Shown here one piece after another: positions 49,540 to 61,173 of a stretch of DNA of 64,000 nt; position 1 is the first letter of the stretch; each line of letters opens with the position of its first letter. The notes under the pieces are model-generated. The model was given only the letters and a program-made list of their open reading frames with translations. It did no database searches and was not told where the DNA came from. Made by a program: the position numbers and the translations under genes. Origin of the DNA: Rickettsiales bacterium (GTDB taxonomy: Bacteria; Pseudomonadota; Alphaproteobacteria; Rickettsiales; UBA1997); the NCBI GenBank assembly GCA_049418765.1, contig JBMSJJ010000003.1:4921-68920 (forward strand). Reading direction: 5' to 3'.

Positions 49540-50471
49540 ATAGTTGTTCTAGTGATGTTTATACCCCATTTTTCACCTAAATAATCTTCGATTTTTTTGC
49601 GTTCAACCTCATTTAAAGATCTATCAAAAATTATAATTTCACCTAAATTGCCGTTGAAGAAATAATCACTATTAGTCCTGAATTTTCCAATAATAAAGGG
49701 TGCTGATAATGAGCCTGAAACCGATGCAGTAGCTGAAGAATTAGCAATAACAGTTTCATCATAATTAATTCTTATATCTGAATTATTTGAATTTTTTAAA
49801 AAACTTATGATTTTATTTTTATCATTAAAGCTATTCAAATTTAATGTTGCCACCCGATTTGCTGTAGCTCCTCCTGCAACGCCATAATCAAATATAACCA
49901 AATTAGAAGTTTGTGCAAATACACTTATTCTAGCAGTTTCTGAACCGTTATCCGAGTTATTTGAGGTTGGCACCCAAGAAATAGTTGTGGTGGTCAAATC
50001 ACCACTAAAATTACTTTGCACTAGAAAAATTGTGGCTTGATCACTCGATAAAAAATCATTCAAATTAAGATTATCACTTCGCAGTTCAATATCGTTTACA
50101 AATTTTAATGCAGGTAAATTGTTGATAGCATTGTCAATATAAGTTGGTTGCTTTGTTGAATCCGACTGCGAAACATTAATTTTAAAAGTTCTTTGCGGAT
50201 TTATATCTTTCCAAATCGCAATTTTATCATTATTTAATGGCCTCTCCACATCAAAGCTATTGGGTGAAGTAGTTTCAAGCCAAAGCGTAAGATTTGGAGT
50301 AGAAATTACTGGGGATTTTGCGGTCATTGATTGTGCCTGCCCTAACTTAAAATCATAAAACAAATACATTCCCGACACAATTCCAGAAATTGCTACACCA
50401 ATAATTAAAATCACAATAGAAATTTCAATCAGTGAAAAAGCGGTTTTGATTTTTTTATTAAAGCAATTCAT
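49536..50471 (-). CDS. prepilin-type leader + LamG-like domain protein (paralog C)
   Basis: ...KIKTA|FSLIEISIVILIIGVAISGI. The C-terminus is GNLGEIIIFDRSLNEVERKKIEDYLGEKWGI. It has a 4-nt overlap with paralog B. Confidence 0.6.
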   Translation of the reverse strand: MNCFNKKIKTAFSLIEISIVILIIGVAISGIVSGMYLFYDFKLGQAQSMTAKSPVISTPNLTLWLETTSPNSFDVERPLNNDKIAIWKDINPQRTFKINVSQSDSTKQPTYIDNAINNLPALKFVNDIELRSDNLNLNDFLSSDQATIFLVQSNFSGDLTTTTISWVPTSNNSDNGSETARISVFAQTSNLVIFDYGVAGGATANRVATLNLNSFNDKNKIISFLKNSNNSDIRINYDETVIANSSATASVSGSLSAPFIIGKFRTNSDYFFNGNLGEIIIFDRSLNEVERKKIEDYLGEKWGINITRTTI

Positions 50472-50632
50472 AAAATTTAATTTTTGTTAATGATTTAAAA
50501 AAAATATCAAAAAAGCAAATATTTAATGAAGTAAAAAATTAAATTAAATTAAAAATATCATTTTAGCAATTTTATGAACTTGACTTAAATTAAGAAGAAT
50601 AATAAAATTTTAACTAGGTTTTTTTAAAGTTT

Positions 50633-50707
50633 TGGGGTGTAGCCAAGTGGTAAGGCAGCGGTTTTTGGTACCGCCACCCGTAGGTTCGAATCCTGCCACC
50701 CCAACCA
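50633..50707 (+). tRNA. tRNA-Gln (anticodon UUG), CCA encoded
   Basis: TGGGGTG/CACCCCA acceptor, 3-bp D stem GCC...GGC, anticodon stem GCGGT/ACCGC with loop TTTTGGT, T arm GTAGG-TTCGAAT-CCTGC, discriminator A + CCA. Near-identical architecture to E. coli tRNA-Gln. Confidence 0.95.
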
Positions 50708-50753
50708 AAAAAGCCAAAATCCCACCAACAAATTTAATTAAACTTCAAATTTT

Positions 50754-51143
50754 ATGTCAAGTCTCGAAGAAATTATTGATTTAACGCAAGAAATTACCAA
50801 TAAATCTGACGAATTAGTTGCCAAAATCACCCAATTAAGTTATCAAGTGGCCAATAGCGGAGGCGTTAGTCCATTTATTTTTGGTTTTAGTATTTTTATT
50901 TTAGCTTGTTTTGTTGGTTATTTTGTCGTTTGGAGAGTAACACCCGCATTACACACCCCATTAATGTCCGTAACCAATGCTATTTCTGGCGTTATAATTG
51001 TTGGAGCCATAATTGCTCTTGGAAGCGTAAAAAGTTTTGGTCTAATCGCCATCATCAGTTTCATTGCTATAATAATTGCCTCAATCAATATTTTTGGTGG
51101 ATTTTTAGTCACTTGGCGAATGCTTCAAATGTTCAAAAAATAA
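50754..51143 (+). CDS. pntAB: NAD(P) transhydrogenase alpha subunit part 2 (membrane part)
   Basis: 129 aa. ...[45 protein letters not shown]... is the typical PntAB core. Confidence 0.8.
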   Translation: MSSLEEIIDLTQEITNKSDELVAKITQLSYQVANSGGVSPFIFGFSIFILACFVGYFVVWRVTPALHTPLMSVTNAISGVIIVGAIIALGSVKSFGLIAIISFIAIIIASINIFGGFLVTWRMLQMFKK

Positions 51144-51146
51144 TTT

Positions 51147-53138
51147 GTGAATTTAAAAAAAGAATTTTTCAATAAAAATAAAATCAAAGCCCTTAGTTCA
51201 AAATCATCTTGGCTAAATTTGCTATTAATTTTTATTATTATCGAGACTTTTTTACGGTTATTTTTAATTCTTAAATATCAAGATAATCTTGATAAAACAT
51301 TTTTCGAATTTTTCAAAATAATTTCGGTTGGAATTTTTTTTGATTTTTTAACCTTTTGCTATTTTTCAGCCATACCACTAATTTATTTTCTGGTTATCCC
51401 TTCAAGATATTTCAATCATCCAAAGCATTTTATTTTTTTAAAATTTAGTTATTTTATTTTTATAAACATAATTATTTTTAGCTTCTTTTCGGAAATAATT
51501 TTCTTTGACGAATTTGATACTAGATTTAATTTTATTGCCGTCGATTATCTAATCTACACCACCGAAGTTATTGAAAATATTGTAGAATCTTACCCTATTT
51601 CAATTTTACTCTCGGGTATTTTTTTAATCAGCGGAGCTATTTATTTTGCAACTAGAAAAATAATTTTTTTACCAAAAAAATTCATTTTCAAACAAAAAAT
51701 AAAATTAACTTCAGCAATTTTTGCAGTAATTTTAATAGAATTTTTAACAATAGATTCGGCTAAATTAGATAAATATTTTAACAATAATTACCACAAGGAA
51801 CTCTCTCAAAACGGCATTTATCAACTATTTTCAGCCTATCGAAACAATCAAATTGAATATGACCAATTTTATTTAACAATTGATAAAAAAATTGCCATGC
51901 AAAATTTACGCCAACAATTTATTGCTCAAAATCCTCATGTCAAATTTTTAAATCAAGAAAATATCGATAGACTTATTCCATCAAGAAAAAATCAGCAAAA
52001 AATTCTTCCAAATATAATGATTATTACCATGGAAAGTTTTAGCGCAGATTTCATGAAATATTTTGGAAATGAACATAATTTAACACCAAATCTCGATGAA
52101 TTAGCAATGCAAGGTTTGTTTTTCACCAATCTCAAAGCCACTGGAACTAGAACGGTTCGAGGGCTTGAAGCCATTTCTCTTGGAGTACCGCCAACACCCG
52201 GAAATTCTATTGTTCGCAGGAAAAATAATGAAGATTTATTTAATATTTATTCTCCTTTAAAAAATTATGGCTATGAAGCCAAATTTTTATATGGTGGTGA
52301 TGGTTTTTTTGATAATATGAATTATTTTTTTGCTAATAATGGCTATAAAATTGTCGATCGCAAAGAATTTGAAAAAAACGAAATTACCTTCTCTAACGCT
52401 TGGGGAGTAGCCGACGAGGACCTTTACAATAAAGCCATTAAAGAGGCTGATGAATCCTATGAAAAAAATCAACATTTTTTAAATTTTTTGATGACTACTT
52501 CGAATCACCGTCCCTATACCTATCCAGAAAGTAAAATTGATATTCCATCAAAATCTAATCGCTCTGGAGCAGTTAAATATGCAGATTATGCTATTGGTGA
52601 ATTTATAAAAAAAGCTAAAACCAAGCCTTGGTTTGACAAAACAATTTTTTTATTTGTTGCTGATCATTGTGCCGGTTCAGCTGGAAATACTGATGTACCG
52701 ATTTGGCGATACCAAATTCCAACGATTTTTTATGCTCCAAAAATCTTAAAGCCACAAATTTTTGCACAAAATGCCAGCCAAATTGATATCGCTCCAACCT
52801 TAATTGGCTTGCTTAATATTGATTATAAGTCAAAATTTTTTGGCTCCGACCTACTTCACGATAACAAAAAATATAATCAAAGAGCATTTGTTAGCACCTA
52901 TTCAGATTTAGGATATTTTACTGAAAATAAATTATATTTATTAAAGCTAAAGAAAATTCAGAAATTCTTTGGTGTTGCAATAAATAAATATGGCTATCAA
53001 GGTTCAGAAGAAAAAATAACTGACAAATTCGATAGTAAGCAACTTCAAACCTCTATAAGTTATTATCAAATTGCCCACGAATATTTTAAAACTGGAATGC
53101 TAAAAGATTTTTCCTTAAGTAATTCTAAGACAAAATAA
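51147..53138 (+). CDS. LTA synthase / phosphoglycerol-transferase family sulfatase-fold membrane protein
   Basis: A polytopic N-terminal domain is followed by IMIITMESFSADF and TTSNHRPY motifs of the LtaS/MdoB family. Confidence 0.75.
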   Translation: MNLKKEFFNKNKIKALSSKSSWLNLLLIFIIIETFLRLFLILKYQDNLDKTFFEFFKIISVGIFFDFLTFCYFSAIPLIYFLVIPSRYFNHPKHFIFLKFSYFIFINIIIFSFFSEIIFFDEFDTRFNFIAVDYLIYTTEVIENIVESYPISILLSGIFLISGAIYFATRKIIFLPKKFIFKQKIKLTSAIFAVILIEFLTIDSAKLDKYFNNNYHKELSQNGIYQLFSAYRNNQIEYDQFYLTIDKKIAMQNLRQQFIAQNPHVKFLNQENIDRLIPSRKNQQKILPNIMIITMESFSADFMKYFGNEHNLTPNLDELAMQGLFFTNLKATGTRTVRGLEAISLGVPPTPGNSIVRRKNNEDLFNIYSPLKNYGYEAKFLYGGDGFFDNMNYFFANNGYKIVDRKEFEKNEITFSNAWGVADEDLYNKAIKEADESYEKNQHFLNFLMTTSNHRPYTYPESKIDIPSKSNRSGAVKYADYAIGEFIKKAKTKPWFDKTIFLFVADHCAGSAGNTDVPIWRYQIPTIFYAPKILKPQIFAQNASQIDIAPTLIGLLNIDYKSKFFGSDLLHDNKKYNQRAFVSTYSDLGYFTENKLYLLKLKKIQKFFGVAINKYGYQGSEEKITDKFDSKQLQTSISYYQIAHEYFKTGMLKDFSLSNSKTK

Positions 53139-53166
53139 ATCTTGCAATGGACTAAAAAATTAATAA

Positions 53167-55074
<1,908 letters not shown>

Positions 55075-55084
55075 ATTAAAATTA

Positions 55085-55920
55085 ATGAAAGATCCAATTG
55101 CAATAAATTGCTTCTATATATTAGTTGCCGACCCAAGAAATAATCATAATCCGAAGGCGAAAAAATTAAAACAATTCACTCGGGCAGGTCTTGAGCTTTT
55201 AACAGAATATTATAATGAAAAATATTTCGATAGGCAAAAAACTCTATTGCTAATTGCCAATTACAATGAAGTCGATATCGAAGGAAATGAAATTTGTTTT
55301 CAAACAGTAAAGCGTCTTTAAATTTAGAAACCCCCCAAAAGATATTATTTTCCATCGCAAATGAAGATGGCGAAAATGATCTATTACACTCCGCTCCATT
55401 GCTAATAACTCATGATAAATTAATTTTATTGACTAGCGAAAGAGACAAAATGGCAAAAAAAATTTATAAAAAAATTGCCCATGAATTAAATCTTGAATTT
55501 ATTGAACCTTTACCAAGTGAAAAACTATCATTTCAAGCTGATCAAACCTCTTGCCACATGATTGCAAGCTCAATCTTAAAAGATTTAAACCATCTAGACA
55601 TAAAATTAATTTCCACTCTTGAAAATAATTATAAAATTAATCCGGCCCTAGCAAAGCTATTAAAATATTCGCAGTCAACTCAATATAATTATCATATTTT
55701 AAGTAAAGACTCGACGACTCCAATAAAAAATAATGGCACAAAACTTGAGGATTATGTTTTAAATGGAAAATCTCATGAATTTGGCTCAAGAATTCAAAAA
55801 AAACATATAAGTTTTCTTCAAAAAACTTGCAATTTAGATCCTAATCAAGATATTAAAATAAGTGCTGTAAAATTGATTCAAGCCAAAAAAAAATTTAGAA
55901 TTAATTTAGTAAAAATATAA
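55085..55920 (+). pseudogene. YopJ-family (peptidase C55 / Ser-Thr acetyltransferase) effector-like gene, split by one frameshift
   Basis: Two ORFs (55085-55321 and 55294-55920) overlap in a 31-nt window and together give ~278 aa. They align to YopJ from memory as follows: LLH32SAPLLI vs GGIHFSVID, LILLTSE49 vs LILFE, FQADQTSC87HMIASSILKDL vs IQRSSSECGIFSLALAKKL, and LLKYSQS vs FYKHTQG. The His/Glu/Cys spacing is 17/38, versus 19/44 in YopJ. Confidence 0.5.
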
Positions 55921-55925
55921 ATAAA

Positions 55926-56171
55926 ATGAAAAACTCAAAAAAATCGCTTCTAAGCAAATCTCCAATAGCAAAACTCGGAGCAATAAGCATTAAAGGAAGC
56001 ATAATGAGAGCAATAATTTATACTTGCGGTCATATTTTAATTGCCATGACTTGTAATAAATTGATCACCGATACTTCCCTAGAGTTGGCGACACTCGATG
56101 CCATTATTGAACCAATTATAAACGGCTTTTGGTTTTTCTTTTTAGACAGAATTTGGTCAAAAAATAAATAA
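55926..56171 (+). CDS. small membrane protein, DUF2061-like
   Basis: 81 aa. ...RAIIYTCGHILIAMTCNKLITD...LDAIIEPIINGFWFFFLDRIW resembles the DUF2061 two-helix pattern (from memory). Confidence 0.45.
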   Translation: MKNSKKSLLSKSPIAKLGAISIKGSIMRAIIYTCGHILIAMTCNKLITDTSLELATLDAIIEPIINGFWFFFLDRIWSKNK

Positions 56172-56211
56172 ATTATTTTTTACATTTTTAAAATTTTTAC
56201 GAAAAAAATAA

Positions 56212-57698
56212 AATATAAATAATCTTCTCGGTTTTTTTAATGCCATAATTAGTTTTTTTACCACAAATGGCAACCAAGATCAGGATAATAATAACAATTT
56301 TAATCAAAATGCAACAGAACAATCTAGTTATTCCCCATTAGAGCTTGATGATAACAAAAAAGGAATTTTATTAGGGAAATTTAATGGGTTTCTTGATAGG
56401 GCATTCTCGGTAAATTCATCAGATAAAACACTTCAATCAAAAATTAATGGAGACAAAACTAAATGCATTGAAATATTTCTAGAAGATTTCAAAAAACAAC
56501 ATGAGCATAATTATACCCCTCATTTTGATAAAGCAAGTCAAGAATATGATAATATTGTTAAATTATTGAATAAAGAATATGATTCATATTTAACAAAAAA
56601 AGAAGAAGATAAAAAGAAAGATCAAAAAAGAATGCTTAGTAAAGATATTGAAGGCACCTCGTCTCTTTACTATAAAAAGAAAAAAAATTTAGAACAAATT
56701 ATTGATAGTAAAATTAATAATTTTGTTGATAAAGTTTTTTCACATAATCCTCATCATAATTATGATGTGTTTAAATTTTTTAGAATAAATAATTTGAAAT
56801 TTGTTCATGGAGCTGAGAATATCGAAAAAAACAAATCAAAACTTAAGGAATTTCTAAAAGCAAAATATCCTTCAGTTCAAGATGTTGAGTTGGGAGGTAA
56901 ATCTATAGAAGATCAATCGCAATTAGATCAACTTAGTAAAGAAAAAAATACTATAATAAAACAACATAGCACAAAAATAGATTCTATATCTGCGTCTATT
57001 GATAAAGAATGGGATAAATCATTGGAGGAATTAGAAAAAGATAGACATAAACAAGTGTTTAGCTATGCCAGAAGTTTATTACAAATCAAAACATGCGAAG
57101 ATCAATATAAAGGCAAAATAGAACTTTTTTTTCAGAAGAAAATCAAAGAGATATGGAGGAAAAGCTTAAGGAAAAATTTATAGAAAAATTAGATGAAATT
57201 GTTAAAGAATATGATGATGAGTTAATAAATTCAATTTTAAAAAATAAAGATCCTGAAATTAAAGAATATTTATTTGATAAATATTATAAAAAACATGAAG
57301 CTGATATGTATATACAAATTGGCGAATTGGATCAATATCCAAATGATATCAGTGAACAAATCAAAGAATTTTTAAATGACCAAACCGAGAGTTTTAATAA
57401 AAAAAGAATCAAAGATTTAGTTGAAAAAATTTTGGAATTACCAAAGCTTTTAGAAAAAAAATGCGAAGACTTTGATATCAATAAAAATCTTGATAAATTT
57501 AATAAAGAATCGGTGTTAAATGATAAAATTTTTGAAAAAACACAAGAAGTTACCTCTTATCAAGAAAAGAAAAAATATCTGGATGAATTGAAAAAAGAAA
57601 TTGAAAAAGAATCTTCAGTTTCAAAAGAAGATAAGGAAGAAGACATAACGCTTGAAGCTTTTTTTATAGAACCTAGCAAAATCATTAAAAAAACCTGA
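56212..57698 (+). pseudogene. Lys/Glu/Asn-rich ORFan (~490 codons) lacking a canonical start and split at a T8 tract
   Basis: One frame is open from 56212 to 57183 with no ATG/GTG/TTG before TTG 56566. The next frame is open from 57111 to 57698. The overlap window contains T8 (57125-57132), and adding one nt would fuse the two. Confidence 0.4.
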
Positions 57699-57799
57699 AC
57701 TCATTTTTACGGCCTCTTTAAATTCTTTGAATAAAACAGGTGTATTTTTAGGGTCTATCTTTACTAGATAATATGCAAATAAATTAGTATTTTAACCAC

Positions 57800-57828
57800 T
57801 TGAAGAAAATAAAATTAAATATTATAAT
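57800..57828 (+). promoter_or_regulatory. candidate sigma-70 promoter for tig
   Basis: TTGAAG (57800-57805), 17-nt spacer, TATAAT (57823-57828), ~37 nt upstream of the tig ATG. Confidence 0.35.
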
Positions 57829-57864
57829 TTTTAAAATATTATTTTAATTTTATTTTTTATAAAC

Positions 57865-59211
57865 ATGGAAGTTCAAACTAAAAATATTCTTGATAAAAAA
57901 CTTTTGAAGGAATTCGAGCTATTCTTTCCAAAAGAATTGCTCAATAAAAATGTTAATGACTATATTGAAAAGGTCAAAGGAACCTATAATTTAAAGGGTT
58001 TTCGCAAAGGTCAAGTTCCTGCCAATATTATCAAAGAAAAACATGGTGAGGCAATTTTAGCTGATGAATTGGAAAAATTATTAAAAGAAAATATTAAAAA
58101 AATTGTTAAGGAAAAAGATTTAAAATTAGCCCTAGAACCTAAAGTTGACATCAAAAAAATTGCTCTAGATCTTGATCTAAGTGCCAATATTACTTTCGAA
58201 ATTTTCCCTGAAATTCCCGAAATTGAATTAACTAAAATCAAACTAACCAAAAGAGAAGCCGAACTTAACGACTCAGAAATCTCTGAAGAGGTAAAAAAAT
58301 TCGCTAAATATTTTTGCAAATGGACCAAGCAAGAACAAGGTTACAAATCCAAGCTTAACGATGCCGTAAAAATCGACTATGTTGGCAAAATTGATGGCGA
58401 AGAATTTGAAGGCGGAAGCGCCAAGGATTATCAATTGGAGCTTGGCTCTAAATCTTTTATTGATGATTTTGAAGAGCAATTAGTTGGCAAAAAAGCCGGA
58501 GATAAAGTAAATGTTAAGGTTAAATTTCCAAAAGATTATCATTCCGAAAAATTTGCAGGTAAATCCGCAGAATTTGCAGTTAATATTCACGAAATTTTAT
58601 GCGCCGAACTTCCAGAAATTAACGATGAATTTACTAAGCAAAATTTAGGTTTAGAAAATGCCCAAACTTTGCAAGATAATATCAAAAAAGAGCTAGAAAA
58701 ACGCAATGAAGAAATGTCGATTGAAGCCTTTAAAATTGAGCTTTTTGAATTTTTAAATAAAAAATATGATTTTGAATTACCAAAAGGCTTAATTGAAGCA
58801 CAAACTAAATCTCTTTGGCATGATACCGAAGAAGAGTTAAAAACCAATCCAAATAAATTCAAAAACGAAAAAGAAAAAAACAAAGCTTACGAAGAAAAAG
58901 AAGAATTGGCAAAAAAAATGATTCGATGCTCAATGATTTTATCAAAAATCGCTACAGATAATAAAATTGAAGTCAAAAAAGAAGATTTTGATGCAGAAAT
59001 TCAAAAAACCTTAGCCCGATTCCCAGGGCAAGAAAAGCAGGTAATTGAATATTATCAAAAAAACCCGCAAGCAATTGAAAATATTCGCTTGACCCTGATT
59101 GAATCTAAAGCGATAGAATTCATTATTTCTCAAGAATCAGTTGAAAAGAAAAAAACTTCCTTTAAAGATTTCGAAAAATTTTATAAAAAAATTCTCGAAT
59201 CTTTGAAATAA
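57865..59211 (+). CDS. tig: trigger factor
   Basis: 448 aa. ...[21 protein letters not shown] (ribosome-binding GFRxGxxP motif), an FKBP-type middle domain, and a C-terminal arm domain. Confidence 0.9.
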   Translation: MEVQTKNILDKKLLKEFELFFPKELLNKNVNDYIEKVKGTYNLKGFRKGQVPANIIKEKHGEAILADELEKLLKENIKKIVKEKDLKLALEPKVDIKKIALDLDLSANITFEIFPEIPEIELTKIKLTKREAELNDSEISEEVKKFAKYFCKWTKQEQGYKSKLNDAVKIDYVGKIDGEEFEGGSAKDYQLELGSKSFIDDFEEQLVGKKAGDKVNVKVKFPKDYHSEKFAGKSAEFAVNIHEILCAELPEINDEFTKQNLGLENAQTLQDNIKKELEKRNEEMSIEAFKIELFEFLNKKYDFELPKGLIEAQTKSLWHDTEEELKTNPNKFKNEKEKNKAYEEKEELAKKMIRCSMILSKIATDNKIEVKKEDFDAEIQKTLARFPGQEKQVIEYYQKNPQAIENIRLTLIESKAIEFIISQESVEKKKTSFKDFEKFYKKILESLK

Positions 59212-59228
59212 TTATAATAACAAATAAG

Positions 59229-59597
59229 TTAAAATTAATTTCTTTATTTAGTGGCGCTGGAGGTTTGGATTTAGGTTTTCACAAGGCTGTATTCGAAACT
59301 ATCTGGGCCAAAGAATTTGATAAAAATATTTGGGAAACATTTAAACATTATTTTCCAAATATTTTTTCAGATCAAAGAAATATTTGCAAAATTCCCAATG
59401 ATGAAGTTCCAAACTGCGATGGAATTATTGGTGGCCATCCTTTGTCAAAGCTGGAGCCAAGCTGGTGTAGGTCGAGGTATAAATGACCAAAGAGGTAAGG
59501 TTTTTTTGAATATATTCGCATTTTAAAAGCCAAAAAACCATTAGTTAATTTTGCCAAGGCAATAGCTAAAAAAATTTACGAAGATATTTCGAAATAA
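59229..59597 (+). pseudogene. relic of a C5-cytosine DNA methyltransferase (start lost, frameshift in motif IV, large internal deletion)
   Basis: It reads (L)[19 protein letters not shown] (motif I FxGxG) ...[10 protein letters not shown] frameshift follows, then [27 protein letters not shown] (motifs IV to VI: PCQ, RG..F). The remainder, KAKKPLVNFAKAIAKKIYEDISK*, jumps straight to a C-terminal-like tail. About 370 bp remain of an expected ~1 kb. Confidence 0.75.
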
Positions 59598-60800
59598 TTA
59601 AATTTGTTTTAGAATTTCTAAATAAATTTTTTGGAGATTTTCTATTTCCGAAATTAAAGCAAATTCATCAATTTTATGAGCAGTTTCATTGACCAAACCA
59701 ATCTCAACAACCTCTGCATAATCCTTGATAAATCTAGCGTCAGAAGTGCCACCTGTGGTGCCTAAAACTGGAGTCATTCCACAAATTTTCTGCACCGATT
59801 CTTGAGTAATTTTTGCCAATTTTTTTGGCTTTGACAAAAATGCCTCGCCACTTAATCGATAATTCATTTTATATTTACCAATAAAATCAGTTGTCGGCAA
59901 TGATTTATTGCCCAAATCTTGCATATTATCAATTTTTTGCCCAACTGTTTTTTTTAAGGCATATTCAACAAAATCAATAATATCTTGAGCTTTATGAGTA
60001 TCGTTAAAACGAATATTAAAGGCACAATGAGCTTTTGAAGGAATAACATTAGAACCTAAATTTTCGGTGCCAATATCGGTGAATTCAAGGTTGCTTGGGT
60101 CAAAAAATTCTGTGCCATTATCCATTTTTTGATCTTTCAAAACCTTACATAAATTGATGAGCATGGTAATTGGATTTAGAGCAATATCTGGATAGGCGAC
60201 ATGTCCTTGTTTGCCATAAATTTCAATTTTAAAACCAATCGAACCGCGACGACCAATTTTAATCATCTCGCCTAATTTATTTGGATTTGTTGGCTCACCA
60301 ACCAAGCAATAACTGATATTAAAATTTTTTTCTTGCATCCATTTTAGAGCCTTTGCAGTGCCGTTAATACTATCATTTTCTTCATCATTTGTGATTAAAA
60401 AACCAATCCCAAAATCAGGATTTGGATTTTGCTTCAAAAATTCGGCAACCGCACTTATAAAGGCTCCGATAGCACATTTCATATCGGAAGCGCCACGCCC
60501 ATAAAGTTTATCACCCTCAATTTTAGCCTCAAATGGGTCAAAGCGCCATTTAGATTTATCGCCTTCTTTTACAACATCGGTATGTCCTGCAAAATAAATG
60601 GTTTTTTCGGCTTTTTTTGGATTATAAATAGCATGAAGATTATTGACTTTGTAGGAACCATCGCCCTCAAACTCAATAATTTTGCACTCGAAACCTAAAT
60701 TTTGTAAGGTTTTTTTGAGCAATTCTAAAATCTCGGGATTGTTGCCACTGTAGGATGGAATGCGAATCAATTGTTGCGAAAAATCGATTGATGAAATCAT
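59598..60800 (-). CDS. dapE: succinyl-diaminopimelate desuccinylase (M20 family)
   Basis: LIRIPSYSG..., FAGHTDVV, GRGASDMK, ITNDEE, and the dimerisation lid domain. 400 aa. Confidence 0.85.
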   Translation of the reverse strand: MISSIDFSQQLIRIPSYSGNNPEILELLKKTLQNLGFECKIIEFEGDGSYKVNNLHAIYNPKKAEKTIYFAGHTDVVKEGDKSKWRFDPFEAKIEGDKLYGRGASDMKCAIGAFISAVAEFLKQNPNPDFGIGFLITNDEENDSINGTAKALKWMQEKNFNISYCLVGEPTNPNKLGEMIKIGRRGSIGFKIEIYGKQGHVAYPDIALNPITMLINLCKVLKDQKMDNGTEFFDPSNLEFTDIGTENLGSNVIPSKAHCAFNIRFNDTHKAQDIIDFVEYALKKTVGQKIDNMQDLGNKSLPTTDFIGKYKMNYRLSGEAFLSKPKKLAKITQESVQKICGMTPVLGTTGGTSDARFIKDYAEVVEIGLVNETAHKIDEFALISEIENLQKIYLEILKQI

Positions 60801-60947
60801 AATTTAAGAAATTATATTAAATTTATTAAATAGCTATTTTAATGATTTAATTTTTAAAAAATAGGGTTAATTTTCAATGAATAATCATTTGTAAATTTTA
60901 ATTGAATAAATTATTTTGAAATAATCCAAAGTAAATCTAAAAAATTA

Positions 60948-61151
60948 TTAATTTTTTGCAGAATTTTTGGAATTGGAATCGAATTTTTTTACCGCCCAAA
61001 TTAGTGCAACAACCCAGCCGAAAAATGTCCAAGCCAAAAATAAATTTAGCACGAAAATTGCTGTGGAGTCAATATGTTCACGACCTAGAGCGATTATAAA
61101 TGGAAGAAAATAAATTACAAAAATTAGAATTAAAGCTAAAAAGCTTTCCAT
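60948..61151 (-). CDS. superinfection-immunity (Imm_superinfect-like) small membrane protein
   Basis: 67 aa. YFLPFIIALGREHIDSTAIFVLNLFLAWTFFGWVVALIWAV matches the YFLP.iiA..R.h.n..aIf.lNlllGWT.iGWi.AliWA pattern (from memory). Confidence 0.6.
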   Translation of the reverse strand: MESFLALILIFVIYFLPFIIALGREHIDSTAIFVLNLFLAWTFFGWVVALIWAVKKFDSNSKNSAKN

Positions 61152-61173
61152 AAATCGCTCCAGATTTATAAAA

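Noticed and set aside
50906-51175. ORFs 50906-51175 (+) and 50918-51112 (-) overlapping pntAB
   Set aside because: They are alternative frames of a clearly conserved membrane-protein gene and have no independent support.
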